Below, one piece after another: positions 26,250 through 35,336 of a DNA stretch of 64,000 nt (its first letter is position 1; the number at the start of each line of letters is the position of its first letter). The translations under genes and the position numbers were made by a program. The notes beneath the pieces are model-generated. The model saw only the letters and a program-made list of their open reading frames with translations. It made no database searches and was not told the origin of the DNA. The DNA comes from a virus (taxonomy: Duplodnaviria > Heunggongvirae > Uroviricota > Caudoviricetes): IMG/VR virus record IMGVR_UViG_3300026382_000007, one strand, 5' to 3'.

Positions 26250-26663
26250 ATGAAAAAGGTAGAGTTTTATATTGATTTTCAAAATGACAGAAGTATTTTG
26301 GAACAAGGAATAAATGATCTCGGGAGTCCGGATCATAGAGTGGTGGTAATAACTGGTGTGGAAATTTTCCATAGCCTCAGTGATATTGAAGTTCTTCAGG
26401 TGGAAGATCTTTCAAACCTTGAAAATATCGTAGATGGTATTTTGAGTTTATGCCAAGATGGTGAAACTATCATTGTCAACCGTGAATTCACTAAAAGAAA
26501 TTTCGAATACACCGTGACGAGAATATTCTACGGTAAAGAATTCGAATATTCAGAACTATTGGCTATCTATGAAAGTTTCAAGAGCACAAAACCTAAATAC
26601 TTCAAAAAAAGTAATATCATTTCACATATGATACAACTTCAGAACGAAATATACAAGTCTTAA
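26250..26663 (+). CDS. hypothetical protein
   Basis: AGGAG SD before ATG 26250. Confidence 0.55.
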   Translation: MKKVEFYIDFQNDRSILEQGINDLGSPDHRVVVITGVEIFHSLSDIEVLQVEDLSNLENIVDGILSLCQDGETIIVNREFTKRNFEYTVTRIFYGKEFEYSELLAIYESFKSTKPKYFKKSNIISHMIQLQNEIYKS

Positions 26664-26670
26664 TCAAAAT

Positions 26671-26696
26671 TTTGGGGAATCACTCGGTTCCCCAAA
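26671..26696 (+). terminator. stem-loop, probable terminator
   Basis: tttggggaa-tcactcgg-ttccccaaa. Confidence 0.55.
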
Positions 26697-26699
26697 TAC

Positions 26700-26731
26700 T
26701 AAGTAAGATCTAAGCTACATTACGGTATAAT
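26700..26731 (+). promoter_or_regulatory. early promoter
   Basis: TATAAT 26726. Confidence 0.85.
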
Positions 26732-26760
26732 GTAAAATATTAAGAGTAAAAAGGCTTATC

Positions 26761-27240
26761 ATGTCACAAAACATCTTCAATCCCCAGAACAACAATCCCA
26801 TATTTGAATTTCAAGGTTCTGAATACAAAGAGTTACTATCATTCGAGCAGTTTTCAGAAGTTACTGAACTTTTCAAAACTGAACAAGAACTAGATGATGC
26901 TTACATGATGTATCAAGCTCACTCAGACTCAGAAGTAGTGTTATATAAAGGATTTGCCACAGTAGCACAGGAAATGCCGGAGAAGGCATTAGAGACGGTT
27001 GTAGACGGTTCACTCGAATCGTGTAATGTAGCACTGGAAACATTCTTTGAGATGGCTCGTAAAGCTAAATGTGAATCTACTACTATCCAGGCTATTGTCT
27101 ATGGTCGCTTTATCGTAAATCGTTTTGAGTACGGTAAACGGAATCATGTACTTGAGAAAGTTTCAGAAAAGCTTGCCAGTCTTGAGAAAGTGTGTGAGTT
27201 CAACGGTGTTTCTATTTTGGATCTTTCTAAAAATGACTAA
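26761..27240 (+). CDS. hypothetical early protein
   Basis: After early promoter. Confidence 0.6.
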   Translation: MSQNIFNPQNNNPIFEFQGSEYKELLSFEQFSEVTELFKTEQELDDAYMMYQAHSDSEVVLYKGFATVAQEMPEKALETVVDGSLESCNVALETFFEMARKAKCESTTIQAIVYGRFIVNRFEYGKRNHVLEKVSEKLASLEKVCEFNGVSILDLSKND

Positions 27241-27344
27241 GGCAAAACGGAGAGCACTCGGGGTATTCCTAATGCTGAATACTATTCTTTGCGAATGGGT
27301 CATTATAGCTTATGACTTATATCATTGGTAATTCTTTTCAAATT

Positions 27345-27376
27345 TAAGTAGGGTCTAAGCTTACTTACAGTATAAT
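27345..27376 (+). promoter_or_regulatory. early promoter
   Basis: TATAAT 27371. Confidence 0.8.
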
Positions 27377-27575
27377 ATAGTAACTTAAAACAAAGGCTGT
27401 ATTCTTTTTAGAATGTCCAGCTTGCGGAAACACTTATAACTATTTCGAAACTGAATATGAAGTTTTTGATATGTGTAGTTGTCGTGAAGATAGAATGACT
27501 CCAGTCATCATGTCTGAAGACGGATCACCTGAATATGATGGTGAAAAAAATTGACTTTTTTACGGAGGCTGTAAA

Positions 27576-27767
27576 TTGAAAACACAATTACAAATATGGT
27601 ATATACTGAGACAAGTTGCTATTGAACGAATGATGTCTAGAGAAATGCATCCGAACGATTTACCCTTGGATAAGATCGAACGAAAGGCTTCTTGCCTTGC
27701 AGTTCAGAATTGTTGGTATTTTTTTAATCATCAATACGAATTACCAGAACCACTTTTCAAGGCTTAA
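27576..27767 (+). CDS. hypothetical protein
   Basis: GGAGG SD, TTG start. Confidence 0.5.
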   Translation: MKTQLQIWYILRQVAIERMMSREMHPNDLPLDKIERKASCLAVQNCWYFFNHQYELPEPLFKA

Positions 27768-27768
27768 T

Positions 27769-29190
27769 ATGAGAACACTAGAGCATATTAATGTGAAATA
27801 CTTCAAATATGCTTGTGATGAAATCGGTAAAGAAACTCCAGTTGACATTAATGCGAAGTGTATAATTTGTGGGGACTCCGATAAGGACAAGCGACAAAAA
27901 AGGCTTCACCTCTATACAAAAGCGAACTATGATGGTGATGCTATTAAATGTTTCAATTGTGAGTGGACTGGAAATATGTTTAGTTTCCTGAGAGAAGTTG
28001 ACTCAAGTTTATTCGAACTTTATAAAAAAGAAACTCGTGAAAAAAGTTTCAACAACCTTAAACGAAAACATCACGAAAAGAAGGAGTACAATGATGCAGC
28101 AATCCAGATGGGATCGTACAAGAGAAAGGCGAGAACAGAATCGGGAACGAGCAAAGCGGACGGAGTATATGGATCTGATAGCAAAACAGAAACTGGAGGA
28201 AGCGATGAAAGCTTCAGTCAGAACAATGGGTATAGTGAGGGTGAAATAGATGAGACCAATAGCGGAAGATCTGGACGGGATTTGCAAATTCATAGCGGAA
28301 AGGAACCACAACGACTTGATGAGAACGATGGGGGCCAGGGAGTCAATGTTGGACGGAAGCGAAATTACAGTTTCAGTATGTCAGGTTTCGCAGGAGCAAA
28401 TGGGGTTGAACTTGAAGAAAGCGGTACAACAAATGCGGTCTCAAATGAGCCCATACGAGAAAGTGAAAGTGGATCTAATGGGACTGACAACGAACATCAA
28501 ACCTCTGATGATAAAGTCAAAGGATTGGGAAAGCTCCCAGATGATGTATTCGAGATGCCTGACGAATTCAGACCAGCATGCGAATCAGCTGATGCCGTTG
28601 GTTATTTGCGAGGTCGTGGATTAGATCCTGAGTTTTATTACTACTCACCCGACTGGATAAACTTCAACGGAAAAAGTATGCCATTGAAACATGCTATTAT
28701 TGTTCCATTATGGGTTCTCAAAGATGACAATGTAATGTACGGTTTTCAAGCTAGACATATTGACACTAAGTTCTTCTACACTTACATCCCTGAGGAAAAT
28801 ACGGGATTCAAAGTTTGGAATTGGTATAATATCGATAAGTCAAAACCTACTTTCATATTCGAGTCGGTATTTGATGCTGAGTCAAGTGGTTTGCCTCAAG
28901 ATCGTATTTGTGCTGCTCTCGGGGCTGATCTAAATGATGAAAGACTTGCGGAGTTGTTCGAACCAATATTTTGTTTTGACAATCAACGGTATGATGAAAC
29001 ATCTCGTATTAAGACCGTTAAATTATTAAAACGAGGCTTTAGGTGTTTCGTTTGGGACAAGCAGATTCAGTACAAGGATACTAATGATGCGATACAAGGC
29101 GGTTTACCAAAACCTGATATGGCTAAATATATTTTAAGTCATCTTGAGACTGGTATGACCGGAATCATTAAAACAAAATTAAAGAGGTAA
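27769..29190 (+). CDS. 61: DNA primase (gp61-like) with a ~145-aa low-complexity insertion
   Basis: Zn finger CIICGDS..RLHLY..KCFNC, GYLRGRGL, IIVPL, GFQAR, TOPRIM FIFESVFDA, FCFDN, YKDTND; AAGGC SD before ATG 27769. Confidence 0.9.
   Translation: MRTLEHINVKYFKYACDEIGKETPVDINAKCIICGDSDKDKRQKRLHLYTKANYDGDAIKCFNCEWTGNMFSFLREVDSSLFELYKKETREKSFNNLKRKHHEKKEYNDAAIQMGSYKRKARTESGTSKADGVYGSDSKTETGGSDESFSQNNGYSEGEIDETNSGRSGRDLQIHSGKEPQRLDENDGGQGVNVGRKRNYSFSMSGFAGANGVELEESGTTNAVSNEPIRESESGSNGTDNEHQTSDDKVKGLGKLPDDVFEMPDEFRPACESADAVGYLRGRGLDPEFYYYSPDWINFNGKSMPLKHAIIVPLWVLKDDNVMYGFQARHIDTKFFYTYIPEENTGFKVWNWYNIDKSKPTFIFESVFDAESSGLPQDRICAALGADLNDERLAELFEPIFCFDNQRYDETSRIKTVKLLKRGFRCFVWDKQIQYKDTNDAIQGGLPKPDMAKYILSHLETGMTGIIKTKLKR
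28091..28249 (+). CDS. candidate overprinted small basic protein nested in the primase (+1 frame)
   Basis: AAGGAG SD at 28081; helical-looking RWDRTRERREQNRERAKRTEYMDLIAK. Confidence 0.5.
   Translation: MMQQSRWDRTRERREQNRERAKRTEYMDLIAKQKLEEAMKASVRTMGIVRVK
28250..28624 (+). CDS. candidate overprinted protein nested in the primase (+1 frame)
   Basis: ATG directly follows the TAG of the nested upstream ORF; GAGGGTG SD-like sequence. Confidence 0.45.
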   Translation: MRPIAEDLDGICKFIAERNHNDLMRTMGARESMLDGSEITVSVCQVSQEQMGLNLKKAVQQMRSQMSPYEKVKVDLMGLTTNIKPLMIKSKDWESSQMMYSRCLTNSDQHANQLMPLVICEVVD

Positions 29191-29191
29191 C

Positions 29192-29308
29192 ATGGAACAG
29201 TCGGAACTCACATACGGAGAAGTCCAAGAAGCTAGAAAGCGGATGGCGGAAGAAGCTAGAAAGCGGATGGCGGAAGAAGCTAAAAAAGAGGTTGTGACTT
29301 ATGCCTAG
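29192..29308 (+). CDS. 38-aa peptide with a 24-bp repeat (EEARKRMA)
   Basis: GAGGT SD; repeat gaagaagctagaaagcggatggcg. Confidence 0.4.
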   Translation: MEQSELTYGEVQEARKRMAEEARKRMAEEAKKEVVTYA

Positions 29309-29473
29309 ATTAAAAGGTTGGATTATCACGATGTGGCTGAATATGTCATCGGTAGGAGTAGGGGTGTCAAAACCAGTCAGCACTTTATATGATATGAGTG
29401 CAGAAAGTTCAGCGGACGACATGGGTTTGGTACAGAATATCCACCCTACACAGTTCATGAACAATTTTTAGCA

Positions 29474-29480
29474 TTAAATA
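29474..29480 (+). promoter_or_regulatory. late promoter TTAAATA
   Basis: Upstream of the ATPase. Confidence 0.6.
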
Positions 29481-29506
29481 AACTCAAATAACAACGAGGA
29501 TATAAA

Positions 29507-30961
29507 ATGATTAGAGCTGCAATTGCAATCGCTAACAAAACAGAGATTTCAGAATCTTCATTCAAGGCTTCTAAACTTAAAAAGGTTTCAGATCTTCTGG
29601 CATCAATTTTAGGTAAAGAACTGGGTGGAAATTTTAAACTTCTTGGTGGATCTTTCGGTACGGAAGAATTCAAGAAAAAGGGTGGTCTTTCAGGGAAAGG
29701 TTACAAATATGGTAATAATAAAGGTTACATGGTCCGTTTTGGTTGGTTGAACAAAAACAAGTCAAATTTTCAAATTCAACAAGTTGACCTTTGGGAACCA
29801 GGAATGGGCGGAAGTTGGGAAAAACCGACAATGTCTGTTACACTTTATGATTGGATGAACATCGTTGATGTTGTTGCCGAACTTAAAACAATTCTTTTAA
29901 CTGGTGCGATTTCTGAAAGCCTTGATGAAAGCTTAGAAGTTCTTTCTGAGACAATCAAAGATTCAAATCGTCCTCCTCGTAAAATGATTGCATTCGCTGC
30001 ATCAAAAGATGTATCTTATGACATTGAAGTTGACACATATACTGGGTTCATTAACAAGCTTAAAGATGCTGGTGTTTGGGACGAAGATGAATACAAAGGT
30101 TTCAAGGTTCAGAAAGGTGTTTCTGAAACAAACTCAACTTCATCTACTATGAAAAAAGCTGAAAAACTTCTTGCTGAAAGAAAGTTCGCTGATCCTGATA
30201 TTGTATTTGATGACATTGAAAAGCTTACTAAAGTCGTTGCAATGGGTCTTCAGAATTCATTGATCGTGGCTGGTATGGCTGGTATTGGTAAGACTTTCCA
30301 TGTTGAAAAACAAATGAAAGAACTTCTTGGTACTAATGAGGGTCCAAATGCTAAGTGGAGACATCGTAAGGGTGCGAAACTGAGTCCATTTGGTTTATAC
30401 CTTGACTTGTTCATGAACAGAGACGATATGACTATCGTTTATGATGATTCAGATTCAGTTTGGAAGGATGCTGATGCGGTGAATATACTTAAATCTGCCC
30501 TTGATACTTACAAAGAAAGATCAATTGCTTGGACATCTCGTGCTACAACAAATGTTGAAATCATGGATGATGAAGAAAGAGAAGCATATTATGCTAAACT
30601 TTATGACGCATTAGCAAACAGTCCTGAGGATGTTGGAACAAAAATCAAGCTTCCGAGTGGGTTCAAATTCACAAGTCGTGTAATTTTCATCTCAAACTTA
30701 AAACCTGAGAAAATTGATTCAGCGATCCGTTCAAGATCACTATTCATGGATATTTATCTAACTCAAACTGATGTTATCAGACGAATTAGATCAATCCTCC
30801 CGTTTGTTGAGCCGTCTATTTCGATGGAAGACAAACTTGAAGTCCTTGATTCACTTATCGAAAGTGGTGGTGACTTAACAATGAGAGCAGTAACCGCTGG
30901 GATCGCAGTTAAGTCTGGTGGATTTAACGATTGGAAACGATTGGTATCTGAATACAGCTAA
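29507..30961 (+). CDS. late P-loop/AAA-like ATPase of unknown function
   Basis: GMAGIGKT Walker A, IVYDDSD Walker B, VIFISN, AIRSRS; TTAAATA at 29474. Confidence 0.75.
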   Translation: MIRAAIAIANKTEISESSFKASKLKKVSDLLASILGKELGGNFKLLGGSFGTEEFKKKGGLSGKGYKYGNNKGYMVRFGWLNKNKSNFQIQQVDLWEPGMGGSWEKPTMSVTLYDWMNIVDVVAELKTILLTGAISESLDESLEVLSETIKDSNRPPRKMIAFAASKDVSYDIEVDTYTGFINKLKDAGVWDEDEYKGFKVQKGVSETNSTSSTMKKAEKLLAERKFADPDIVFDDIEKLTKVVAMGLQNSLIVAGMAGIGKTFHVEKQMKELLGTNEGPNAKWRHRKGAKLSPFGLYLDLFMNRDDMTIVYDDSDSVWKDADAVNILKSALDTYKERSIAWTSRATTNVEIMDDEEREAYYAKLYDALANSPEDVGTKIKLPSGFKFTSRVIFISNLKPEKIDSAIRSRSLFMDIYLTQTDVIRRIRSILPFVEPSISMEDKLEVLDSLIESGGDLTMRAVTAGIAVKSGGFNDWKRLVSEYS

Positions 30962-31031
30962 ATGTGACTTCGGTCACACTCTTCCTTAAAATATACCTTT
31001 TATCTAACTTTAGGTAAAAATAGGTATATTT

Positions 31032-31063
31032 TAAGCTTCTTCTAAGTAACATTACGGTATAAT
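31032..31063 (+). promoter_or_regulatory. early promoter
   Basis: TATAAT 31058. Confidence 0.85.
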
Positions 31064-31089
31064 ATAGTATATTTAAACAAAGGCTATAA

Positions 31090-31350
31090 ATGAACACCGA
31101 CTCTCCAACCAAAACACAAATTAGACAGTTCGAAAACGAACTAGGAATAACTATGGGTTCTATCATGTACAATAAGAATGGAAAAAATTCGGCATTCATG
31201 CTGTTTGGATCTATGTACACCACGAACTTCAAAAGGGTTAAAATTTACTCAATGGACGACCACGGCTGGGTGAAAACTGAGTCGACAGGCATCCCATTTA
31301 TCTCAAAGTGTTGGCAAGTGCTGACAGGAAAGGTTAAAAAATTAAAATAA
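31090..31350 (+). CDS. hypothetical early protein
   Basis: After early promoter. Confidence 0.55.
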   Translation: MNTDSPTKTQIRQFENELGITMGSIMYNKNGKNSAFMLFGSMYTTNFKRVKIYSMDDHGWVKTESTGIPFISKCWQVLTGKVKKLK

Positions 31351-31356
31351 GGAGAA

Positions 31357-31569
31357 TTGATGTTTGATTTTATACCACAATTGGTATTCGCTATGTTGTT
31401 CCAGGTTTCTGGGATTATGTTGCTATTTATTTCTGTTTACTTGACTTTGGGGTTTTTCGTAAAGCTTGCGCAAGTGATAAAAAGCGGACGGTATGATGAT
31501 GTTGCTGGTGCAACAATGATGGCGGCGATTGTAGACACAATGAGTCTATATGTTCACTGTATAATGTAA
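31357..31569 (+). CDS. small membrane protein
   Basis: Hydrophobic; AAGGAG SD. Confidence 0.5.
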   Translation: MMFDFIPQLVFAMLFQVSGIMLLFISVYLTLGFFVKLAQVIKSGRYDDVAGATMMAAIVDTMSLYVHCIM

Positions 31570-31582
31570 AAAGGTAAAAAGT

Positions 31583-32053
31583 ATGAAAGCACTAAAATTA
31601 AGTTCAGAAGATAAAATTGTTCTTCTAGAAAATGTTTCAACGATTTCGTTGGATAGAGAACGATCTCGTATTGTATTCAACTTCATGAATGCGATTCAGT
31701 TGGTAGGGAGAAAAACCCCTGACTATCATTATTTTCAATATGACACTGAATCGGAAGCGACAACAGCATTTGAAACTATCATTGAGATGACTTACATCAA
31801 AATGAATTTCTTAGTGAGTGAAAACTCAGATAACACTGACATAGTGAATGTCAAGGCTATAACAAGCTTTATCCCCGATGATGAAAACCTGAAAATCGTT
31901 TTCAACCTGAACTACCCAGTTACATCGTACCGTGAACGAGACAATCGACAGGTAGAGATTTCAAAGGTTATTTTTTGGAACTACAGAACTGACACACCAT
32001 ACGAGGGCGATAAATTAGAGATCGATAACTTACTAGACATTTTTGAAGTCTAG
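31583..32053 (+). CDS. hypothetical protein with an internal domain duplication
   Basis: IVLLENV..RIVFNF..YHYFQY and IVNVKAI..KIVFNL..IFWNY. Confidence 0.6.
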   Translation: MKALKLSSEDKIVLLENVSTISLDRERSRIVFNFMNAIQLVGRKTPDYHYFQYDTESEATTAFETIIEMTYIKMNFLVSENSDNTDIVNVKAITSFIPDDENLKIVFNLNYPVTSYRERDNRQVEISKVIFWNYRTDTPYEGDKLEIDNLLDIFEV

Positions 32054-32077
32054 TCCAAACCAAAACAAGGAAATACA

Positions 32078-32389
32078 ATGGGTATAGATATATTTGAAGA
32101 AATTGAAACAACAACAGACGGTACAGCCTCGGAAGAGATGGATTTATATGATTATGCGAAACAAGTGATTGCTTGTCAAATGGAAGTTAAGGCTATTCAG
32201 GATGACATCAAAGTCATCAAGACGGAAGCGAAAGAGAAAGGAGTTCTTGTAAAAGAGATTGACTCGGCTATTTCACAACTGAAAAAAGAAGCTAAGCAAA
32301 ATCCTCAGGAAGCTCAACTTGAAGAAGAAGTGCTTGAAAAACTGAGAGAAAATAAAGATATAATTGATTCTATATCAATGATTATCTAG
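32078..32389 (+). CDS. DsbA/GapR-like dsDNA-binding protein
   Basis: CQMEVKAIQDDIKVIKTEAKEKG coiled pattern. Confidence 0.55.
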   Translation: MGIDIFEEIETTTDGTASEEMDLYDYAKQVIACQMEVKAIQDDIKVIKTEAKEKGVLVKEIDSAISQLKKEAKQNPQEAQLEEEVLEKLRENKDIIDSISMII

Positions 32390-32404
32390 ACTTCAGGGGT
32401 CATA

Positions 32405-32866
32405 ATGTTAATTGACAAATTGAAAGCCGACCAACTGTCGGCTCGTAAAAAAGGTTTGCCAGCTGGCAAATATCTGACTACACTAATTGCTGAAATTGAG
32501 ATGGTTGGTAAAAATGCTAGAAATGGTGCAAGCACGGAAGATGAAACTATTAGTGTAATCAAAAAGTTCATCAAGGGTGTGATTGAAACTTATCAACTCA
32601 AAATTGCAAACGGGACTGATGATGAACTTGCTGTTCTGAATCATGAATTGCAAGTGTATGAGAAATATCTTCCAAAGCAACTGAGTCTTGAAGAACTGAA
32701 AACAGTTGTTAAACGGAGTGTTGATCGTGCCACTGATGAGAAAAATGAAAAGCTTACTATGAGAGATATGAGCTATGTAATTTCACTCATCAAAGAAGAG
32801 TATGAAAACATGTATGATGTAAAATCAGCAAGCCTACTTATTCGTGAATTAATCATGCGCAAGTAG
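32405..32866 (+). CDS. GatB/YqeY-domain protein
   Basis: LKADQLSARK, VIKKFIK, EKYLPKQLSLEEL. Confidence 0.8.
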   Translation: MLIDKLKADQLSARKKGLPAGKYLTTLIAEIEMVGKNARNGASTEDETISVIKKFIKGVIETYQLKIANGTDDELAVLNHELQVYEKYLPKQLSLEELKTVVKRSVDRATDEKNEKLTMRDMSYVISLIKEEYENMYDVKSASLLIRELIMRK

Positions 32867-32873
32867 TTAAATA
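32867..32873 (+). promoter_or_regulatory. late promoter TTAAATA
   Basis: Upstream of mini-ORFs. Confidence 0.55.
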
Positions 32874-33092
32874 CATCAATACAAGGAGTTCAAATGAAAA
32901 AAATCATTTGCGGTGCAGATTGCTAGTCACTGATTGGGGTGACATCTAAAACAAATTAACAAAGGAGCACTTATGAGAAATGAAAACACATTTACCAACT
33001 ATGCATCTGGAAGTTCAATTCGTTTATTCCAGGATTATGACACTTTTTAAGGTGGTGATCCTCTAGGAAATTCATACCACCTTGGATGTATC

Positions 33093-33515
33093 ATGCAAGG
33101 ACTGTGGAAAGACAAACGAAAACATGTTTTGAAGGATAAAATCAAAATTCTTCATAGTAAGCTTTACAAGGACGAAGACTCAGTCAAAGTTCTTGAATAC
33201 AAAACCAGAACTGATATAGTTTATGACTCAGCTAAATATTATAATGTTTATGCAAATGTCAGAAAGCAAATCGGACAGTCTGGAATGAAAACTCTGTCTC
33301 ATGACCGTGAAAAACTCTTTGCATACGGAAAGCCTCTCCCTGAGGATTTTTGGAACCAGTACGGTTTTTGGGCTACAAAGGCTCGCAAGTATGCTCAAAA
33401 GTATGCGAGTTCGATGGATAGACAAAATATAAGAAAGTTCATAACCAAAGGCGATTGGGATGCAGAAGTTAAGACTCATGCTCTACAAAAATCTATAGCA
33501 TGGGAAATATACTAA
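33093..33515 (+). CDS. basic hypothetical protein
   Basis: 140-aa ORF preceded by a leader peptide and hairpin. Confidence 0.6.
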   Translation: MQGLWKDKRKHVLKDKIKILHSKLYKDEDSVKVLEYKTRTDIVYDSAKYYNVYANVRKQIGQSGMKTLSHDREKLFAYGKPLPEDFWNQYGFWATKARKYAQKYASSMDRQNIRKFITKGDWDAEVKTHALQKSIAWEIY

Positions 33516-33761
33516 TGAAAAAGAATCTCAGTAATCTTCGTAACCGCTTGAACGAACTAACATCAGATGATCTAGATTTCATTGATGTTTTGTTCAAGAA
33601 TGGTAAGAACCTCTCTATCAAGATGCGATGTATATCTAAACTCAGAGAAATACACGACCGCTTAGATGAAGTTGAAAAACTTCACTCAAAATCCCTCAAA
33701 TCCTCATAAAATTAAATAAATTCCGGAACAATTAAACAAATTCCGGAATTTACAATAAATT

Positions 33762-33793
33762 TAAGCAAGGTCTAAGTAATATTATGTTATAAT
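33762..33793 (+). promoter_or_regulatory. early promoter
   Basis: TATAAT 33788. Confidence 0.8.
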
Positions 33794-33817
33794 ATAGTAT
33801 AATTAAAAAGGCTTAAT

Positions 33818-34135
33818 ATGACAATCGGAAACTTAAAATTTAAAATCAAAAGATTTATTACTCTTAACACTCGTGGTCCAAGGCAAATGTCACTTGACAT
33901 TATTACTGAATGGATGAATGCATCCAACGGTGATTTCAACAATGCGAGATATTTACAACACAACAACATCACTTACAAACTAGATATCACATATAATGGT
34001 GTTAGTACAAAATATGCATTTTACCGCCAGTCCCACAGAGTGTTTCGTTTTACATATATAGACGGTGAGATCAGAGTGAACTGCCAAAGAAATGAGTTCA
34101 ACCTACTTTATAAAATGTGGAAGGAATTAGTATAA
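33818..34135 (+). CDS. hypothetical early protein
   Basis: After early promoter. Confidence 0.55.
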   Translation: MTIGNLKFKIKRFITLNTRGPRQMSLDIITEWMNASNGDFNNARYLQHNNITYKLDITYNGVSTKYAFYRQSHRVFRFTYIDGEIRVNCQRNEFNLLYKMWKELV

Positions 34136-35085
34136 TGAAATTTACACCGTACAGCTTCAGTAAAATCAACCTATTCGAAACTTGTCCTTTGAAATTCAAG
34201 TATCAATACATCGATAAACTAAGAACTCCGTTCAAAATGAATGCAACTCTTGAAAAGGGATCATACATCCACCTTATGCTGGAGGAATTAGCAAAGAACG
34301 AGATGGTGGCACAAAAGGTGTCATATAACTTCAAACACTCCACTAAGGAGCAAGTACAAGGCTACAATGCGATATTCCATGACTTTGTTTTTTCAGAACT
34401 TGGTTACCACTATCTAAATAATCCTGAACAGAAGTTCTTCGGGGCTGAAGTAGAGTTTGGTGTCGTCATAGAAGACGGTGAATGGAGAGCAACTTCATAC
34501 TGGAATAAGAAAGCTTTGTTCCGTGGTAAAATTGACCATGTAAACAGCTCAGATGGTGTGATGCACTTACTTGATTGGAAGTCCGGTAAGGTTTCAGCAT
34601 TTCCGGCTCCATTACAATTAGTTATGTATGCTGTGTGGTGTTTCCTGAAGTATCCTGATGTTCACACGGTTCAGACTGCATTTGTGTATCTTGAACATGG
34701 CGAGGAAAAACCTTATGTTTTCAAAAGAGAGCATCTTGAAGCACTGATGAAAAAAGTTGCAGAAAAAATCTACAATATTGAACATGAAACAAAATTTACT
34801 AAAAAAGAAAGTAAGCTTTGCGACTATTGTGAATTTCGTTTACAAGGCATTTGTGAGTCTCAAACCGGAACTGAACTTGCTGATGATATGATGAAGTTCA
34901 ATCCTAAGCCTCGTGTTAAACTTTGGTTCTACATGCATCCTGAAAGTGGTTGTGCTTGGAGACAAGATTGGCAAATGACTAATGACGAGCATGATGAATT
35001 AACTGAAGAAATCGATGAAGAGCTTTTTTGGCAACTCGAAGACCTTGGGTATGATATAGATCGTAATATATTAAGCAAGGCTTAA
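34135..35085 (+). CDS. PD-(D/E)XK RecB/Cas4-like exonuclease
   Basis: YSFSKINLFETCP, GSYIH, RGKID, LLDWKSG, QLVMYA, CDYCEFR..C (Fe-S Cys). Confidence 0.8.
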   Translation: MKFTPYSFSKINLFETCPLKFKYQYIDKLRTPFKMNATLEKGSYIHLMLEELAKNEMVAQKVSYNFKHSTKEQVQGYNAIFHDFVFSELGYHYLNNPEQKFFGAEVEFGVVIEDGEWRATSYWNKKALFRGKIDHVNSSDGVMHLLDWKSGKVSAFPAPLQLVMYAVWCFLKYPDVHTVQTAFVYLEHGEEKPYVFKREHLEALMKKVAEKIYNIEHETKFTKKESKLCDYCEFRLQGICESQTGTELADDMMKFNPKPRVKLWFYMHPESGCAWRQDWQMTNDEHDELTEEIDEELFWQLEDLGYDIDRNILSKA

Positions 35086-35103
35086 GCTACATTACAGTAT
35101 AAT
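35072..35103 (+). promoter_or_regulatory. early promoter
   Basis: TAAG 35072 and 35083; TATAAT 35098. Confidence 0.85.
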
Positions 35104-35129
35104 ATAGTATATTTAAACAAAGGCGAAAA

Positions 35130-35336
35130 ATGATAAAATATCTTGGCGGAGGTGAACATGAGTTCAACCTCGAAAACGGCGAAACTATAATTTTGACTGA
35201 CAGAGATCTAATCAACCTTAGAGTTGATATGCAAGCACAAGCTAAAAACACAAGCACACCAATGTATGATATCATGCAAATTGCTCGTGCAGAAAATCCG
35301 AGTTCAAAACATCGCAAGAAAAAAGGACGCAGATAA
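35130..35336 (+). CDS. hypothetical early protein
   Basis: After early promoter. Confidence 0.5.
   Translation: MIKYLGGGEHEFNLENGETIILTDRDLINLRVDMQAQAKNTSTPMYDIMQIARAENPSSKHRKKKGRR

Noticed and set aside
28097-28536. Intein or intron in the primase
   Set aside because: No Cys/Ser start or His-Asn end, no homing endonuclease motif, and no group I structure; the frame stays open.
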